Assembly (NCBI GenBank): GCA_015487785.1
Contig: WFPC01000050.1
Coordinates: 8,400 to 72,399, forward strand
DNA length: 64,000 nt
Source: Gammaproteobacteria bacterium
GTDB taxonomy: Bacteria; Pseudomonadota; Gammaproteobacteria; S012-40
Direction: 5' to 3'
Shown here: piece after piece, positions 38,678-47,739 of the stretch
Layout: each line of letters opens with the position of its first letter
Numbering within the stretch: position 1 is the stretch's first letter
Translations under genes and position numbers: made by a program
Notes under the pieces: model-generated
What the model was told of the DNA's origin: nothing
The model's database searches: none
What the model saw: only the letters and a program-made list of their open reading frames with translations

Positions 38678-41014
38678 TCAGTTGGTGAGAAATTTCACAA
38701 AGGCCATGTCGCCGCTTTGGGTGACGATGGTCACGGTGTATTCCATGCCGGCGACAAGATCCGGGGAAGGATTGTAATAGGTTGTGTACTGAAAAGGCAT
38801 CACTTCCGTGTTGGGCCGAGTGTAGTCGCCATATTGCAGGGGCGAGGCGATCACGCTGGTATCGTCCGTCACCTGGATGCCGTAGACCGAGGAATCACAG
38901 TTGCCTATGCAGTTGGCCTGCACCGAAATCTTCGCGGCGTCGCGCCGGTTCCAGGTGAAGGTGGGCCGGGTGGCGGGACCCGAGATCTGGATATCGGCAT
39001 TGGCGATGTCCTCGGCGGTGGGATAGCTGCCACAACCCGGTGTCGGGCCCTGGCAAAGGGTGAAATCGGCGCCGAAGTTCTTCAACTGGGTCACCGTGAT
39101 GCCGCTGGCCGGGCCGTTGCCATAGGCCAGTCCGATATAACCGGTGGTGTTGTTGCGGTTGGTATCGGTGTTGTAGTTGTCGATGCCGTTGTTGCATACG
39201 CCCACGCACAGGCGCTTGCGTACGGTCTTGAGGGTGCCGCTGGCGTCACGCACGGTGGCGCGAATGAAGTAGACTCCGTCGTTGAGATAGGTGTGGCTGA
39301 GTTCCAGGGCGCGGGGTACATCCGGCGGACTGCCGGGCAAGGGGTCGAGCACCAGGCTGCTGGGCGCGGTGGTACCGTCTTCCCAGTTGAAGCGTACCTC
39401 ATAGTCACTGCGCTGCCCGGCAGCGATCAATACGCCTCCCTGGAAATTGAGATTGAGAGTGACCTCTGTGCCGGGGCTGGGTGCCACAGGCACGCCATTG
39501 GGCAGGGTGAGCGGTTGGTCGTCGTTTCCGGTCAGGCCATTGAGGCTGATTTGCAGTGGCGTGCCGAGAAGAGTCACCGGCTGGGTGATTTCTACCACTT
39601 GCTGATTTTGGTCCTCGACCTTGAGTTTGAGGCGGTAGTCGCCCGGTTCGCTGAAGTCGAAGGTCTGGCTGTCACTACCTTCGATGTATTGATCCTGCAA
39701 GGGAGCCATTTGCCAGAAATAGCGATAAGGGGGTGCGCCTCCGCTGATGCTGGCGAGATAGGTACCGCTGATGCTGTCCTGGTTCAGCCTGAGAGAGCAG
39801 GCCGGGTCACGCAGGTCGCTGCGGGTGGGGCAGTCGATGCTGGCGGTCAGCGGGGCCGGTTGGTCGGCCGCATAGGTGACCACCACCGGAAATTCGGCGC
39901 TGGCGCTGAGACCGGTACTGTCGGTGGCGGTGACCTTGACCCGGTATTCACTGCCGCCTTGGCCGTTGCTGGGTTTGTAGCGCTTGGCGGGCAGGGTGAA
40001 ACTGAGGCTGTCGGTGGTGAGGGGGCCGCCGCTGTCGCCATCGCCGTATTCCCAGGTCCAGGTAATGGGTGGCGTGGCCACGTCGGTGACCTCGGCGGTG
40101 AATTCGGCGGCCTGTTGTTCATCACTGAGCAGGGGCTGCAGGGTCAGCAGGTTGGTCTTGAACAGGGCCTGGGGGTCGCTGGGTTGAATGACGGCTATCT
40201 CGGTTCCGGCCAGGTAGCGCAGGCCATCCCTGGGGTTGAGAAAGAACACGGTGACCATCGCACTGCCGCTGTTGATTTCCGCCTTGGCCTGGATCTTGGC
40301 GGTGAGCCCATTACTTTCCAGCAGAGTCACATCGCCGTAGACCTGCCATTCCTCCTGGGCCTGCTCGGGCGTCAGTTTCAGTTGTGCCTGGGGTGTATCG
40401 ACCGGTTCGGCCACGAAGCTGCGCAGGACTCTATAAATGGCGGTTTCCTTGACCACCAGTTCGGGTTTGCCCACCAGGTTGTCGTGAAAGGGCGTTTCGT
40501 CAGGAGTGTTGACCCGCACCAGGGCAAAGGAGCCCAGGCGGGGCAACAGGACACGGAGGCTGTCGCCCTGGATTTCGGGCACCAACAGGATGGCGGCACC
40601 GTTCTGGTCCACGGTGGCCACGTAGAGACGCTCACTGTTGTCGAGTGTATCCGGCAACGGCAATTCGAGGCGGGCGGGAATGGCAAGTTCAGTGCGGTCG
40701 CTTTGCACTATCATGGCATCGCCGATGATTTCTACATTGTCCGGCAGGGTGGGTTGCCAGGGAGTGCTGAGCCGGATGTCGGCGGCCCGCTCCAGGGCCT
40801 CGCGCTTGATGACCAGGGAGCCGCCGTTGTCCAGGCTGTATTGATAGTCGCCCTGAACCGTCTCCTTGGCTGTGAGCGCGCGCTGAGTCTGTGGTGAGGG
40901 CGCGCAGGCGGTCAACAGTAGCAGCATGCTGCCCAGCCACAACGCCTTGAGCAGTGATGCGCCGGTCTTGTCCTTCCACCGGGGGCTGGAATATCTTGCA
41001 TCTGGCAAGGCCAT
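38678..41014 (-). CDS. large PKD-domain lipoprotein
   Basis: Signal peptide with lipobox LLLLTAC, PKD-type motifs (WTWEYGDGDSG, YRVKVTATDSTG...) and several Ig-like beta domains. 778 aa. Confidence 0.8.
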   Translation of the reverse strand: MALPDARYSSPRWKDKTGASLLKALWLGSMLLLLTACAPSPQTQRALTAKETVQGDYQYSLDNGGSLVIKREALERAADIRLSTPWQPTLPDNVEIIGDAMIVQSDRTELAIPARLELPLPDTLDNSERLYVATVDQNGAAILLVPEIQGDSLRVLLPRLGSFALVRVNTPDETPFHDNLVGKPELVVKETAIYRVLRSFVAEPVDTPQAQLKLTPEQAQEEWQVYGDVTLLESNGLTAKIQAKAEINSGSAMVTVFFLNPRDGLRYLAGTEIAVIQPSDPQALFKTNLLTLQPLLSDEQQAAEFTAEVTDVATPPITWTWEYGDGDSGGPLTTDSLSFTLPAKRYKPSNGQGGSEYRVKVTATDSTGLSASAEFPVVVTYAADQPAPLTASIDCPTRSDLRDPACSLRLNQDSISGTYLASISGGAPPYRYFWQMAPLQDQYIEGSDSQTFDFSEPGDYRLKLKVEDQNQQVVEITQPVTLLGTPLQISLNGLTGNDDQPLTLPNGVPVAPSPGTEVTLNLNFQGGVLIAAGQRSDYEVRFNWEDGTTAPSSLVLDPLPGSPPDVPRALELSHTYLNDGVYFIRATVRDASGTLKTVRKRLCVGVCNNGIDNYNTDTNRNNTTGYIGLAYGNGPASGITVTQLKNFGADFTLCQGPTPGCGSYPTAEDIANADIQISGPATRPTFTWNRRDAAKISVQANCIGNCDSSVYGIQVTDDTSVIASPLQYGDYTRPNTEVMPFQYTTYYNPSPDLVAGMEYTVTIVTQSGDMAFVKFLTN

Positions 41015-41071
41015 GAGACAGCTACTACCTCGATTCGGCCAGCACGGCCGGAGTCTATTCTCTATCCTTGG

Positions 41072-41566
41072 TCATCGTTGCGCTGGTGGTGTTTCTGAAG
41101 CCTTGATTTTGCCGTCGACAACCGGATATACCACCAGGATATCGCCTTCCACACCCACCACGCGCACCTTGGCCCCGGCTCTGAGATTGGGACCCTTGAG
41201 CTCCCAGCAGATGCCATCGAGTTCCAGCTCGCTGAAACCGTTCTGCAAGGGCTGGGTCAGCACCAGGTCGCGGCCGATGTATTCCCTCGCCTTCTGGCGG
41301 GTGCTGCGAGCCGCGTTGCTGGACTTGCGCAGCAGCATGTACCAGGCACCGGAAAACACCGTGCTCAGTGCAGCGAAAATGGCCAGTTGCGGCTTCCAGT
41401 GCAGCTCCGGGAAGGCCAGGAACAAGGCCCCGGTTATCGCCGAGGCGAGGGCCATGCCACCGAAGATGCCCACTGGCGACAAGGCTTCCAGCACCACCAG
41501 TATCAGGGCTATGGCCCACCAGTGCCAGAACTCCAATTCGAAGAACTGTATCCCTGCTAAATCCAT
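41072..41566 (-). CDS. NfeD-family membrane protein (short form, OB-fold C-terminus)
   Basis: Two or three N-terminal TM helices plus a C-terminal NfeD beta-barrel (KVRVVGVEGDILVV). No SPFH/stomatin partner gene nearby. Confidence 0.75.
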   Translation of the reverse strand: MDLAGIQFFELEFWHWWAIALILVVLEALSPVGIFGGMALASAITGALFLAFPELHWKPQLAIFAALSTVFSGAWYMLLRKSSNAARSTRQKAREYIGRDLVLTQPLQNGFSELELDGICWELKGPNLRAGAKVRVVGVEGDILVVYPVVDGKIKASETPPAQR

Positions 41567-41758
41567 GATTTCCTGCCTAGACTATCGCCATGCCTTGGCG
41601 CGGGACGTTACCAGTTCTGTTTTTCGCTTGCAAGCACGTGGTCTTGCTGTCACTCCTAAGGGTGTCTTCCGATCTCGATCCAGCATAATTCTGCTGGCTT
41701 AATCTGGGCTTAACTGGTATTAGCTGTAATGCACCACAGGTAACAAACCACACAAATA

Positions 41759-43048
41759 ATGCCTGAGAATTCCCCTGTTGTCGATGAGGTCCGGGTGCTC
41801 GCCCAGGAGCGGCTGAACCTCTGCTATCACCATCTCTATCGTGCCCATTTCGGCATTTTGGCACCCTGGCTGGTGTTGTGGCTGGTCTATGGAAAGACCG
41901 CATGGCAACCCTGGTTCGACCTGTGGAGTAGTTTGTTCGTCCTCTATGTCATGGCCAGTTTCCTGCTGTTGCGGGCCTATGTGAGAGGCGTCGCTACGCG
42001 CGCCGATGTGATGGTATGGCAGCGCAGGCTGTTGATACACAATTTGATACTGGGTTTTGCATGGGGGTTGATTCCCTGGCTGGTGAAGTTGGAGGACATG
42101 GAGCAGATAGCCCTGTTGAGCCTGCTGGTGGCCGGGCCCTGGTTCGGAGCCGCTTTTCTCACGGCATCGTGTCCTCGGGTGTTTCTGTTCTGGAGCCTGC
42201 CACAACTGATCTTGTTCGAAATGGCGCTGGCTTCGCAGCCACGTGCGGTTTTCAGTCTGGCCCTGATGCCGGTGGCCTATCTGGCCTGCCTGGTGTTGTT
42301 GTTCAACGGCCATCGTCTCATCGACAGGATGATTCGACTGCGCTTCGACAACCTGGAATTGGTTTCCCGGGCCCAGGCCGCCTATGAGGAAAAGTCGCGT
42401 TTTCTCACGGCCATCAGCCATGATCTGAGGCAACCCCTGCAGGCCATGAAGCTCTACCACGCCACGCTGCGACGGCAACTGGAGGAAGAGCAGCAATTGG
42501 CCTTGCTGGACAAGGCGGACAGGGCGGTGCGGGAAATGGACCACTTGCTGCACAGTCTGCTGGAAAAGGCCCGCCTGGAAACCCGGGGGATCCCCGTGCG
42601 TAAACGTAAGCTGAAACTGAAGCCCTTTTTGTTGGAACTGGCGGAGCCATTCCGTACCCAGGCGCGCCAGCGCGGCCTGGAGTTGCGCATTCGTCTCCTG
42701 GATGTCGAGGTAGAGACCGATCCGGTATTGCTGGGGCGCGTGTTGCGCAATCTGCTGAGCAATGCCCTGCGTTATACCCCGCGGGGCGGGGTGTTGCTGG
42801 CCTGTCGGCGGCGGGGCGACCGGGTTCAGGTGAGTGTCTATGATACCGGTGAGGGTATTTCGGCAGCCGACGAGGCGAGGCTGTTCGAGGAATTCACCCG
42901 CCTGGGCAGTTCCAGCGGCACAGATGGCCATGGGCTGGGGCTGGCCATCACCCATGGGCTGTGCCAGTTGCTGCAGCATCCTCTGCACTGTGTCAGCCGG
43001 CCTGGGAGAGGCACGGTGTTCAGCCTGAGTCTGCCATGCGCAAGGTGA
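41759..43048 (+). CDS. membrane sensor histidine kinase
   Basis: About six TM helices, HisKA (ISHDLRQPL), HATPase (GHGLGLAI). Confidence 0.85.
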   Translation: MPENSPVVDEVRVLAQERLNLCYHHLYRAHFGILAPWLVLWLVYGKTAWQPWFDLWSSLFVLYVMASFLLLRAYVRGVATRADVMVWQRRLLIHNLILGFAWGLIPWLVKLEDMEQIALLSLLVAGPWFGAAFLTASCPRVFLFWSLPQLILFEMALASQPRAVFSLALMPVAYLACLVLLFNGHRLIDRMIRLRFDNLELVSRAQAAYEEKSRFLTAISHDLRQPLQAMKLYHATLRRQLEEEQQLALLDKADRAVREMDHLLHSLLEKARLETRGIPVRKRKLKLKPFLLELAEPFRTQARQRGLELRIRLLDVEVETDPVLLGRVLRNLLSNALRYTPRGGVLLACRRRGDRVQVSVYDTGEGISAADEARLFEEFTRLGSSSGTDGHGLGLAITHGLCQLLQHPLHCVSRPGRGTVFSLSLPCAR

Positions 43049-43049
43049 A

Positions 43050-43646
43050 TTATTCCATTCCCAGTATCCGCCGTGCCCGCAGGCTGGCCTGGGTACGGTT
43101 GTTGACGCCCAGTTTGCTGTAGATTTCGTTCAGGTATTGTTTCACCGTGCCTTCGCTCAGGGCCAGCTCCTGGGCGATTTCGCGGTTGCTCAAGCCCTGG
43201 GAAAGCGCCTGGAGAATGCTGCACTGGCGGGGCGACAGGGTTTCCATGTGGGCGGGGGTGTTGCTGGGAAAAAACTGCCGTCCGGCAAGCAAGCGTTCGA
43301 TGGCTTTCAGAATGTGTTCGGCCTCGGCGCTCTTGGGCACAAAGCCGGCCGCCCCGGCATGGCGGCAAGCCTGTATGGAGTCGGCCTCATCGAGACCGGA
43401 GACTACCAGTACAGGAATCCCGTGGGCCAGCGCGCATAGCCTGGCGAGGCCTTGGGTGCCGTTCATGCCCGGCATCAGCAGATCGGTGATGATGAGGTCC
43501 AGTTCCATTGCCCCATTGCCGAGCAGTTCGCGCAGATCGGCGTAGTTGCGCACGGTCGAGACCTGGAAATGCGCGTTGTGTTGTTCCAGCCAGAGCCGCA
43601 TGCTCTCCAGAAACAGGCCGTGGTCATCGGCGAGAACGATATTCAA
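43050..43646 (-). CDS. LuxR/FixJ-family response regulator
   Basis: REC (IVLADDHGLF...D) plus a LuxR HTH (LSPRQCSILQALSQGLSNREIAQELALSEGTVKQY). Confidence 0.9.
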   Translation of the reverse strand: MNIVLADDHGLFLESMRLWLEQHNAHFQVSTVRNYADLRELLGNGAMELDLIITDLLMPGMNGTQGLARLCALAHGIPVLVVSGLDEADSIQACRHAGAAGFVPKSAEAEHILKAIERLLAGRQFFPSNTPAHMETLSPRQCSILQALSQGLSNREIAQELALSEGTVKQYLNEIYSKLGVNNRTQASLRARRILGME

Positions 43647-43807
43647 GGATAGGCTCCTGAGGGGTTGAATTGTTCATTTGTATCAGGGGACCCGGCGTCT
43701 CATGTTCAACTTGGGCAGGGTGTTGAAACCTCTTCCAGCCCTTCGGTGTCATTGCAGTCGATGGGCCAACATTGCCATAGTCGATACATCCTTTAATCGA
43801 AACAATA

Positions 43808-43823
43808 ACTAACTTAAGTTAGT
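43808..43823. promoter_or_regulatory. perfect 16-bp palindrome ACTAACTTAAGTTAGT in the AT-rich promoter region of the His-rich PEP-CTERM-like protein gene
   Basis: Seen directly in the sequence, 60-75 nt upstream of the start codon at 43883 and about 160 nt upstream of the divergent LuxR-type regulator gene. Candidate operator. Confidence 0.35.
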
Positions 43824-43882
43824 AGTGGAGTCAAAGGTCAAGATATACACTCATTCCTTGATTAAACTAAGGAAATGGGTGG

Positions 43883-45631
43883 TTGTTCATGACCAGGAAA
43901 CATGTATCCTTGTTGCCTCTTCAGTTCTCCGTGGGCCTGGTTGTCTGCCTGCTGGGGGGCTATGTCCAGGCGACTCCCTTGTTATACGACCCCGGTCCGC
44001 TCAACTTTAGTACCCGTGACCAGAGCCTTTGGGGCAGTGGTGGCGGGGTAGCCCCGGTGGAAAAACGCTATTCCCGGAAATGGTCGTCCTCCTCCTCGCT
44101 GGGAGGCATCGCCGGTGAAGCGAGCACGGCGGTGACGGTGGAAGACTGGCACCCAGGCTATGCTGAAGATCACGGCTATACCGAGTGGCACAAAACCCAC
44201 TGCCACTCAGTTTGGTGTCTGGGGATCGATCCGCATACCCCCTATCCGGAATGGCATCCCAAGCTGGACTGGCACCCCGGCTATTCCGAAAAACATACCC
44301 TGTTCACCGTGGACACGCGCACGGGAACGGAGGCGCGTTTTTCCAGCAGTGGTGAAGTGGGCGTCACCAGCAGCCTGGGCTTCAATGGTGGCACGGTGGA
44401 TGCCAACCTGGTCTTCGATGCCCGGCTCAATATCCCCGATGAGCCGGTGGATCCCGGTGACTTTTTCTCACTCAGTCCTTACGCCGATCTCACCGAAGGC
44501 AGCTTTTCCACCAAGTTCCCCACCCTTACCGGCGAGGTGACGGCCAGTCTGGAAGCCGACGTGGCGATCGATGTGGAGGCCTGTATTCTCGGTGCGGGTT
44601 GCACCACCGACAGTAGCAGCCTGATGGATGTGGGGCCTTTGAACCTGGACATCCTCGAGATCAATACTCCGGGGCTGTCAGACAAGATCTCCTTGTTCGG
44701 GCTGGACGACCTTGCTTTCGATATCACCCGCCAGACCACCTGGGTGGATTTCATCGTACCGCCCGGGGCACCCAGTATTACCTTGCCGGGCGCTCCCCGC
44801 CCCAGTCTCGGTGTGGGGATGAACCTGGGCAATCTCACCCTGGACTATCCCGATCTGGCGGTGTCGGGTAGTTTGCAGGCGGATGATCTGGTGGTGGGCA
44901 GTGGCCAGTTCGACGACCTTTTACGGCTCAACTTCGATCTCGATGCTGCCGCGGTGGCGGCGGGGAGTATGCCAGCCTTGGGGGCGGTGGCCGTGGTGGG
45001 GCCACTGGAGTTTCGCGGCGATATCATGGACGTGGATATTGGGCCCACCCTGGATCTCAGCCAGAGCTTCGTGATGGACCCCGAACTCATGGTGACGCTC
45101 GATTTCAGCCAACCGGTATGGCAGGATCTCGGTGCCGGCCTGCGCCAGCAGGTGACGAGCTGGTCGGGCCCGCTCGCGGATCTGCCTCGCTTTGCGCTCA
45201 TCAATGCTGGTGATCAGGTCGAGGTGAGGCCGGAGTTCTGGGTCGATGCCCGCTTTGGCAATCGTACCAGCTTGAACTTCGATCTGACATTTTCCCTGGA
45301 TGTGCTCAAGGGGCAGGTGGGCCTGAGTGTGCTGAGCACGCCTACTTTCAGCCTGGTCGATATCGACGAGCCCATACCCCTGGGCCCGGTGGACGTGTTC
45401 GACAGCAGTTTTGTGCTGGACGGTTTTTCCCGCATCAGCGGTACGCCCTTCTTGCTCAGCGCTGCCGCTGCCACCGTCCCGCAAGGCCCCGGTCTCTATA
45501 CGGCATCCTTTCATCAGGCTCCTCCGGCCGGTGTGCCGACGCCGGGCGTTTTGGCCCTGATGCTGGTGGGTCTGCTGGGCTTGATCCCCGGGCGTGTGCG
45601 CTGGCGGTGGGCCGGTGGCCCTACAGACTGA
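43883..45631 (+). CDS. secreted His/Trp-rich repeat protein with a PEP-CTERM-like C-terminal anchor
   Basis: Signal peptide; WHPGY-type repeats (DWHPGYAEDHGYTEWHKTHCH, EWHPKLDWHPGYSEKH); C-terminus VPTPGVLALMLVGLLGLIPGRVRWRW (Pro-rich motif, TM helix, Arg cluster). Confidence 0.7.
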   Translation: MFMTRKHVSLLPLQFSVGLVVCLLGGYVQATPLLYDPGPLNFSTRDQSLWGSGGGVAPVEKRYSRKWSSSSSLGGIAGEASTAVTVEDWHPGYAEDHGYTEWHKTHCHSVWCLGIDPHTPYPEWHPKLDWHPGYSEKHTLFTVDTRTGTEARFSSSGEVGVTSSLGFNGGTVDANLVFDARLNIPDEPVDPGDFFSLSPYADLTEGSFSTKFPTLTGEVTASLEADVAIDVEACILGAGCTTDSSSLMDVGPLNLDILEINTPGLSDKISLFGLDDLAFDITRQTTWVDFIVPPGAPSITLPGAPRPSLGVGMNLGNLTLDYPDLAVSGSLQADDLVVGSGQFDDLLRLNFDLDAAAVAAGSMPALGAVAVVGPLEFRGDIMDVDIGPTLDLSQSFVMDPELMVTLDFSQPVWQDLGAGLRQQVTSWSGPLADLPRFALINAGDQVEVRPEFWVDARFGNRTSLNFDLTFSLDVLKGQVGLSVLSTPTFSLVDIDEPIPLGPVDVFDSSFVLDGFSRISGTPFLLSAAAATVPQGPGLYTASFHQAPPAGVPTPGVLALMLVGLLGLIPGRVRWRWAGGPTD

Positions 45632-45657
45632 AACAGGCGCTGATTGTCTGCTCCTTT

Positions 45658-45688
45658 GATCCCCGCTGCGGTGGGGATTTTTTTTGGT
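45658..45688 (+). terminator. intrinsic terminator
   Basis: ATCCCCGC-tgc-GGTGGGGA followed by TTTTTTTT. Confidence 0.65.
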
Positions 45689-45963
45689 GGAAATCGCCTT
45701 GATTTACAGCGGCTTGTATTTGAAGGTGCCTGTGAATTGAATTATTTAAGTCCGAGTGCTTCAGTCGTAATTTTTTGTATTGACGTATCCCCTTGATGAT
45801 GTTGATAAAGTTCGTATCGCAGAGCAACTTGCAGGCGAGACTAAAGTATTACCCCACAAGGACGAGATAATTTCTACAGGTCGCGCTGTCGTCGGGTGAG
45901 CCTCACACTTCGATCACAGGATACGGTAACCGTTACGGGGTTGGGAATGACAGGGAGACAGCC

Positions 45964-47634
45964 ATGAAAATCAGTCAGAAACTGAATCTCACGCAATTGA
46001 TCAATACCGCCATGATGATTGCCATGGTGGCGTGGGTGATACCGAAGCTGGTGGGCATCGGCGGGGAAATCGAGGACGTGGTGGAACAGGATCTTCCCTT
46101 GTCCGAGTCCCTGGCGGAAATCACCGTGAATCAATTGAAGCAATCCGTGCTGCTGGAGAAGAGCCTGCGGGCGGCGGAGGTCGCCCCGCGACAGACAGGT
46201 GCCGAGGCGGCCAAAACCTTGTACGAGCAGGTTCGCCAACTGGGCGGCCAGGTGGAGGAAACCCTGCGACGCGCCGAGGGCCTGGCCGAGCGGGGCATGA
46301 ACACAGCCCACAACGCACAAACGCGTCAAGAGCTCGAAAAGGTATTGAGCCGCCTGCAAGCCATCGAACAGCAGTATCTGGCCTATGAAGAGCACATGCA
46401 GCAGGCCTTTGCGGCCATAGAGGCGGGTGACATGGCAATGGCCGAGCGCCTGGCGGGCGGGGTCGAACAGGAATCGAGTCGTCTGGAACAGGAACTGGAT
46501 GCCCTGTTACAGGAAATCGAGGGGTTTACCGGTGCGGCCATGGCCACGGTGGCGGCGGACGAGCACACTGCCATCGTGGGCATGATCGCCATCGCCGCGG
46601 TGAGCATCGCCACGGGTCTGGGGTTGGGACTGTGGATAGGCTTCGGCATCAAGCGCGCCATCAGCCGCAGCAATGCCACCCTGCAGCAGATCGCACGGGA
46701 CAAGGATCTGAGCCTGCGGCTGGAAGAGAGCAAGGATGAGCTGGGTCAAATGGGCGCCAATTTCAATGGCATGATGGAGACCATGCAGGGCACCCTGCAC
46801 CAGGTAGCCTCGGCTTCGGTGCAATTGGCCTCGGCGGCAGAGGAATTGTCGGCTGTGACCACCCAGGCGCGTACGGCGGTGACCTGCCAGAAGGACGAGA
46901 CCGATCAGGTGGCCACGGCCATGAACGAGATGGCGGCGGCCATGCACGAAATGGCGCAGAACAGCAGCGAGGCCGCCAAGGCGGTGCGCGCCGCCGAGGA
47001 GGAAACCGGCAAGGGGCACCAGGTGGTGAGCGAGGCCATTGCGTCCATTCAGTCCCTGGCCGGCGAGATCGACAACGCGTCCCAGGTGATCGAACGCCTG
47101 GCCGCCGACAGCCAGGATATTGGCTCGGTGCTGGACGTGATCAAGGGCATTGCAGAACAGACCAACTTGTTGGCGCTCAATGCGGCCATAGAAGCGGCCC
47201 GCGCCGGTGAACAGGGGCGGGGATTCGCGGTGGTGGCTGACGAAGTGCGCACCTTGGCCAGCCGCACCCAGGAGTCCACCGATGAAATCCAGCAGACCAT
47301 CGAGAAGCTGCAGGCCCGTGCGCGCGAGGCGGTGAGCGCCATGCAGGCCGGCAGTGAACGTGCCAATGGCAGCCTCGGCCAGGTGGAAGAGGGCAATGCC
47401 TCGCTCAATCGCATCGTGACTTCGGTGTCCACCATCACCGACATGATCAACCAGATCGCCAGTGCCACCGATGAGCAGAGCATGGTTTCGGAGGAGATCA
47501 ACCGCAGCATCGTGGCCATCCGCGATGTTTCCAGTGAAGTGAGCGACGGCGCCGCACAGACCGAGGTGGCCAGCAACGAGATCGCCAAACTGGCGGTGGA
47601 TCTAAAGACGGCGGTGAATCAGTTCAAAGTGTGA
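45964..47634 (+). CDS. methyl-accepting chemotaxis protein
   Basis: N-terminal TM helix, helical sensor region, second TM, HAMP, and the MCP signalling domain ([28 protein letters not shown]). Confidence 0.9.
   Translation: MKISQKLNLTQLINTAMMIAMVAWVIPKLVGIGGEIEDVVEQDLPLSESLAEITVNQLKQSVLLEKSLRAAEVAPRQTGAEAAKTLYEQVRQLGGQVEETLRRAEGLAERGMNTAHNAQTRQELEKVLSRLQAIEQQYLAYEEHMQQAFAAIEAGDMAMAERLAGGVEQESSRLEQELDALLQEIEGFTGAAMATVAADEHTAIVGMIAIAAVSIATGLGLGLWIGFGIKRAISRSNATLQQIARDKDLSLRLEESKDELGQMGANFNGMMETMQGTLHQVASASVQLASAAEELSAVTTQARTAVTCQKDETDQVATAMNEMAAAMHEMAQNSSEAAKAVRAAEEETGKGHQVVSEAIASIQSLAGEIDNASQVIERLAADSQDIGSVLDVIKGIAEQTNLLALNAAIEAARAGEQGRGFAVVADEVRTLASRTQESTDEIQQTIEKLQARAREAVSAMQAGSERANGSLGQVEEGNASLNRIVTSVSTITDMINQIASATDEQSMVSEEINRSIVAIRDVSSEVSDGAAQTEVASNEIAKLAVDLKTAVNQFKV
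47161..47300 (+). repeat. roughly 90% identical DNA segment of about 140 bp shared with 48841..48980 (MCP signalling-domain core)
   Basis: Direct comparison of the two stretches: accaa(c/t)(t/c)tg(t/c)tggcgctcaa(t/c)gcggccat...gcccgcgccggtga(a/g)caggggcggggattcgcggtggtgg. Confidence 0.7.
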
Positions 47635-47739
47635 GCAAGAAGAATCCGGTTTTCGGGTTCAGGAAGAGCACTGCCTGGCCGCTAATGAAATGAGGGCCGC
47701 TTTCCGGCCACGTAGCACGTAGATGGAAAAAGAAATTCG

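Noticed and set aside
38615-40897. 760-aa plus-strand ORF opposite the PKD lipoprotein gene
   Set aside because: Gly/Ala/Val-rich shadow ORF. The minus-strand frame carries the signal peptide, lipobox and PKD motifs.
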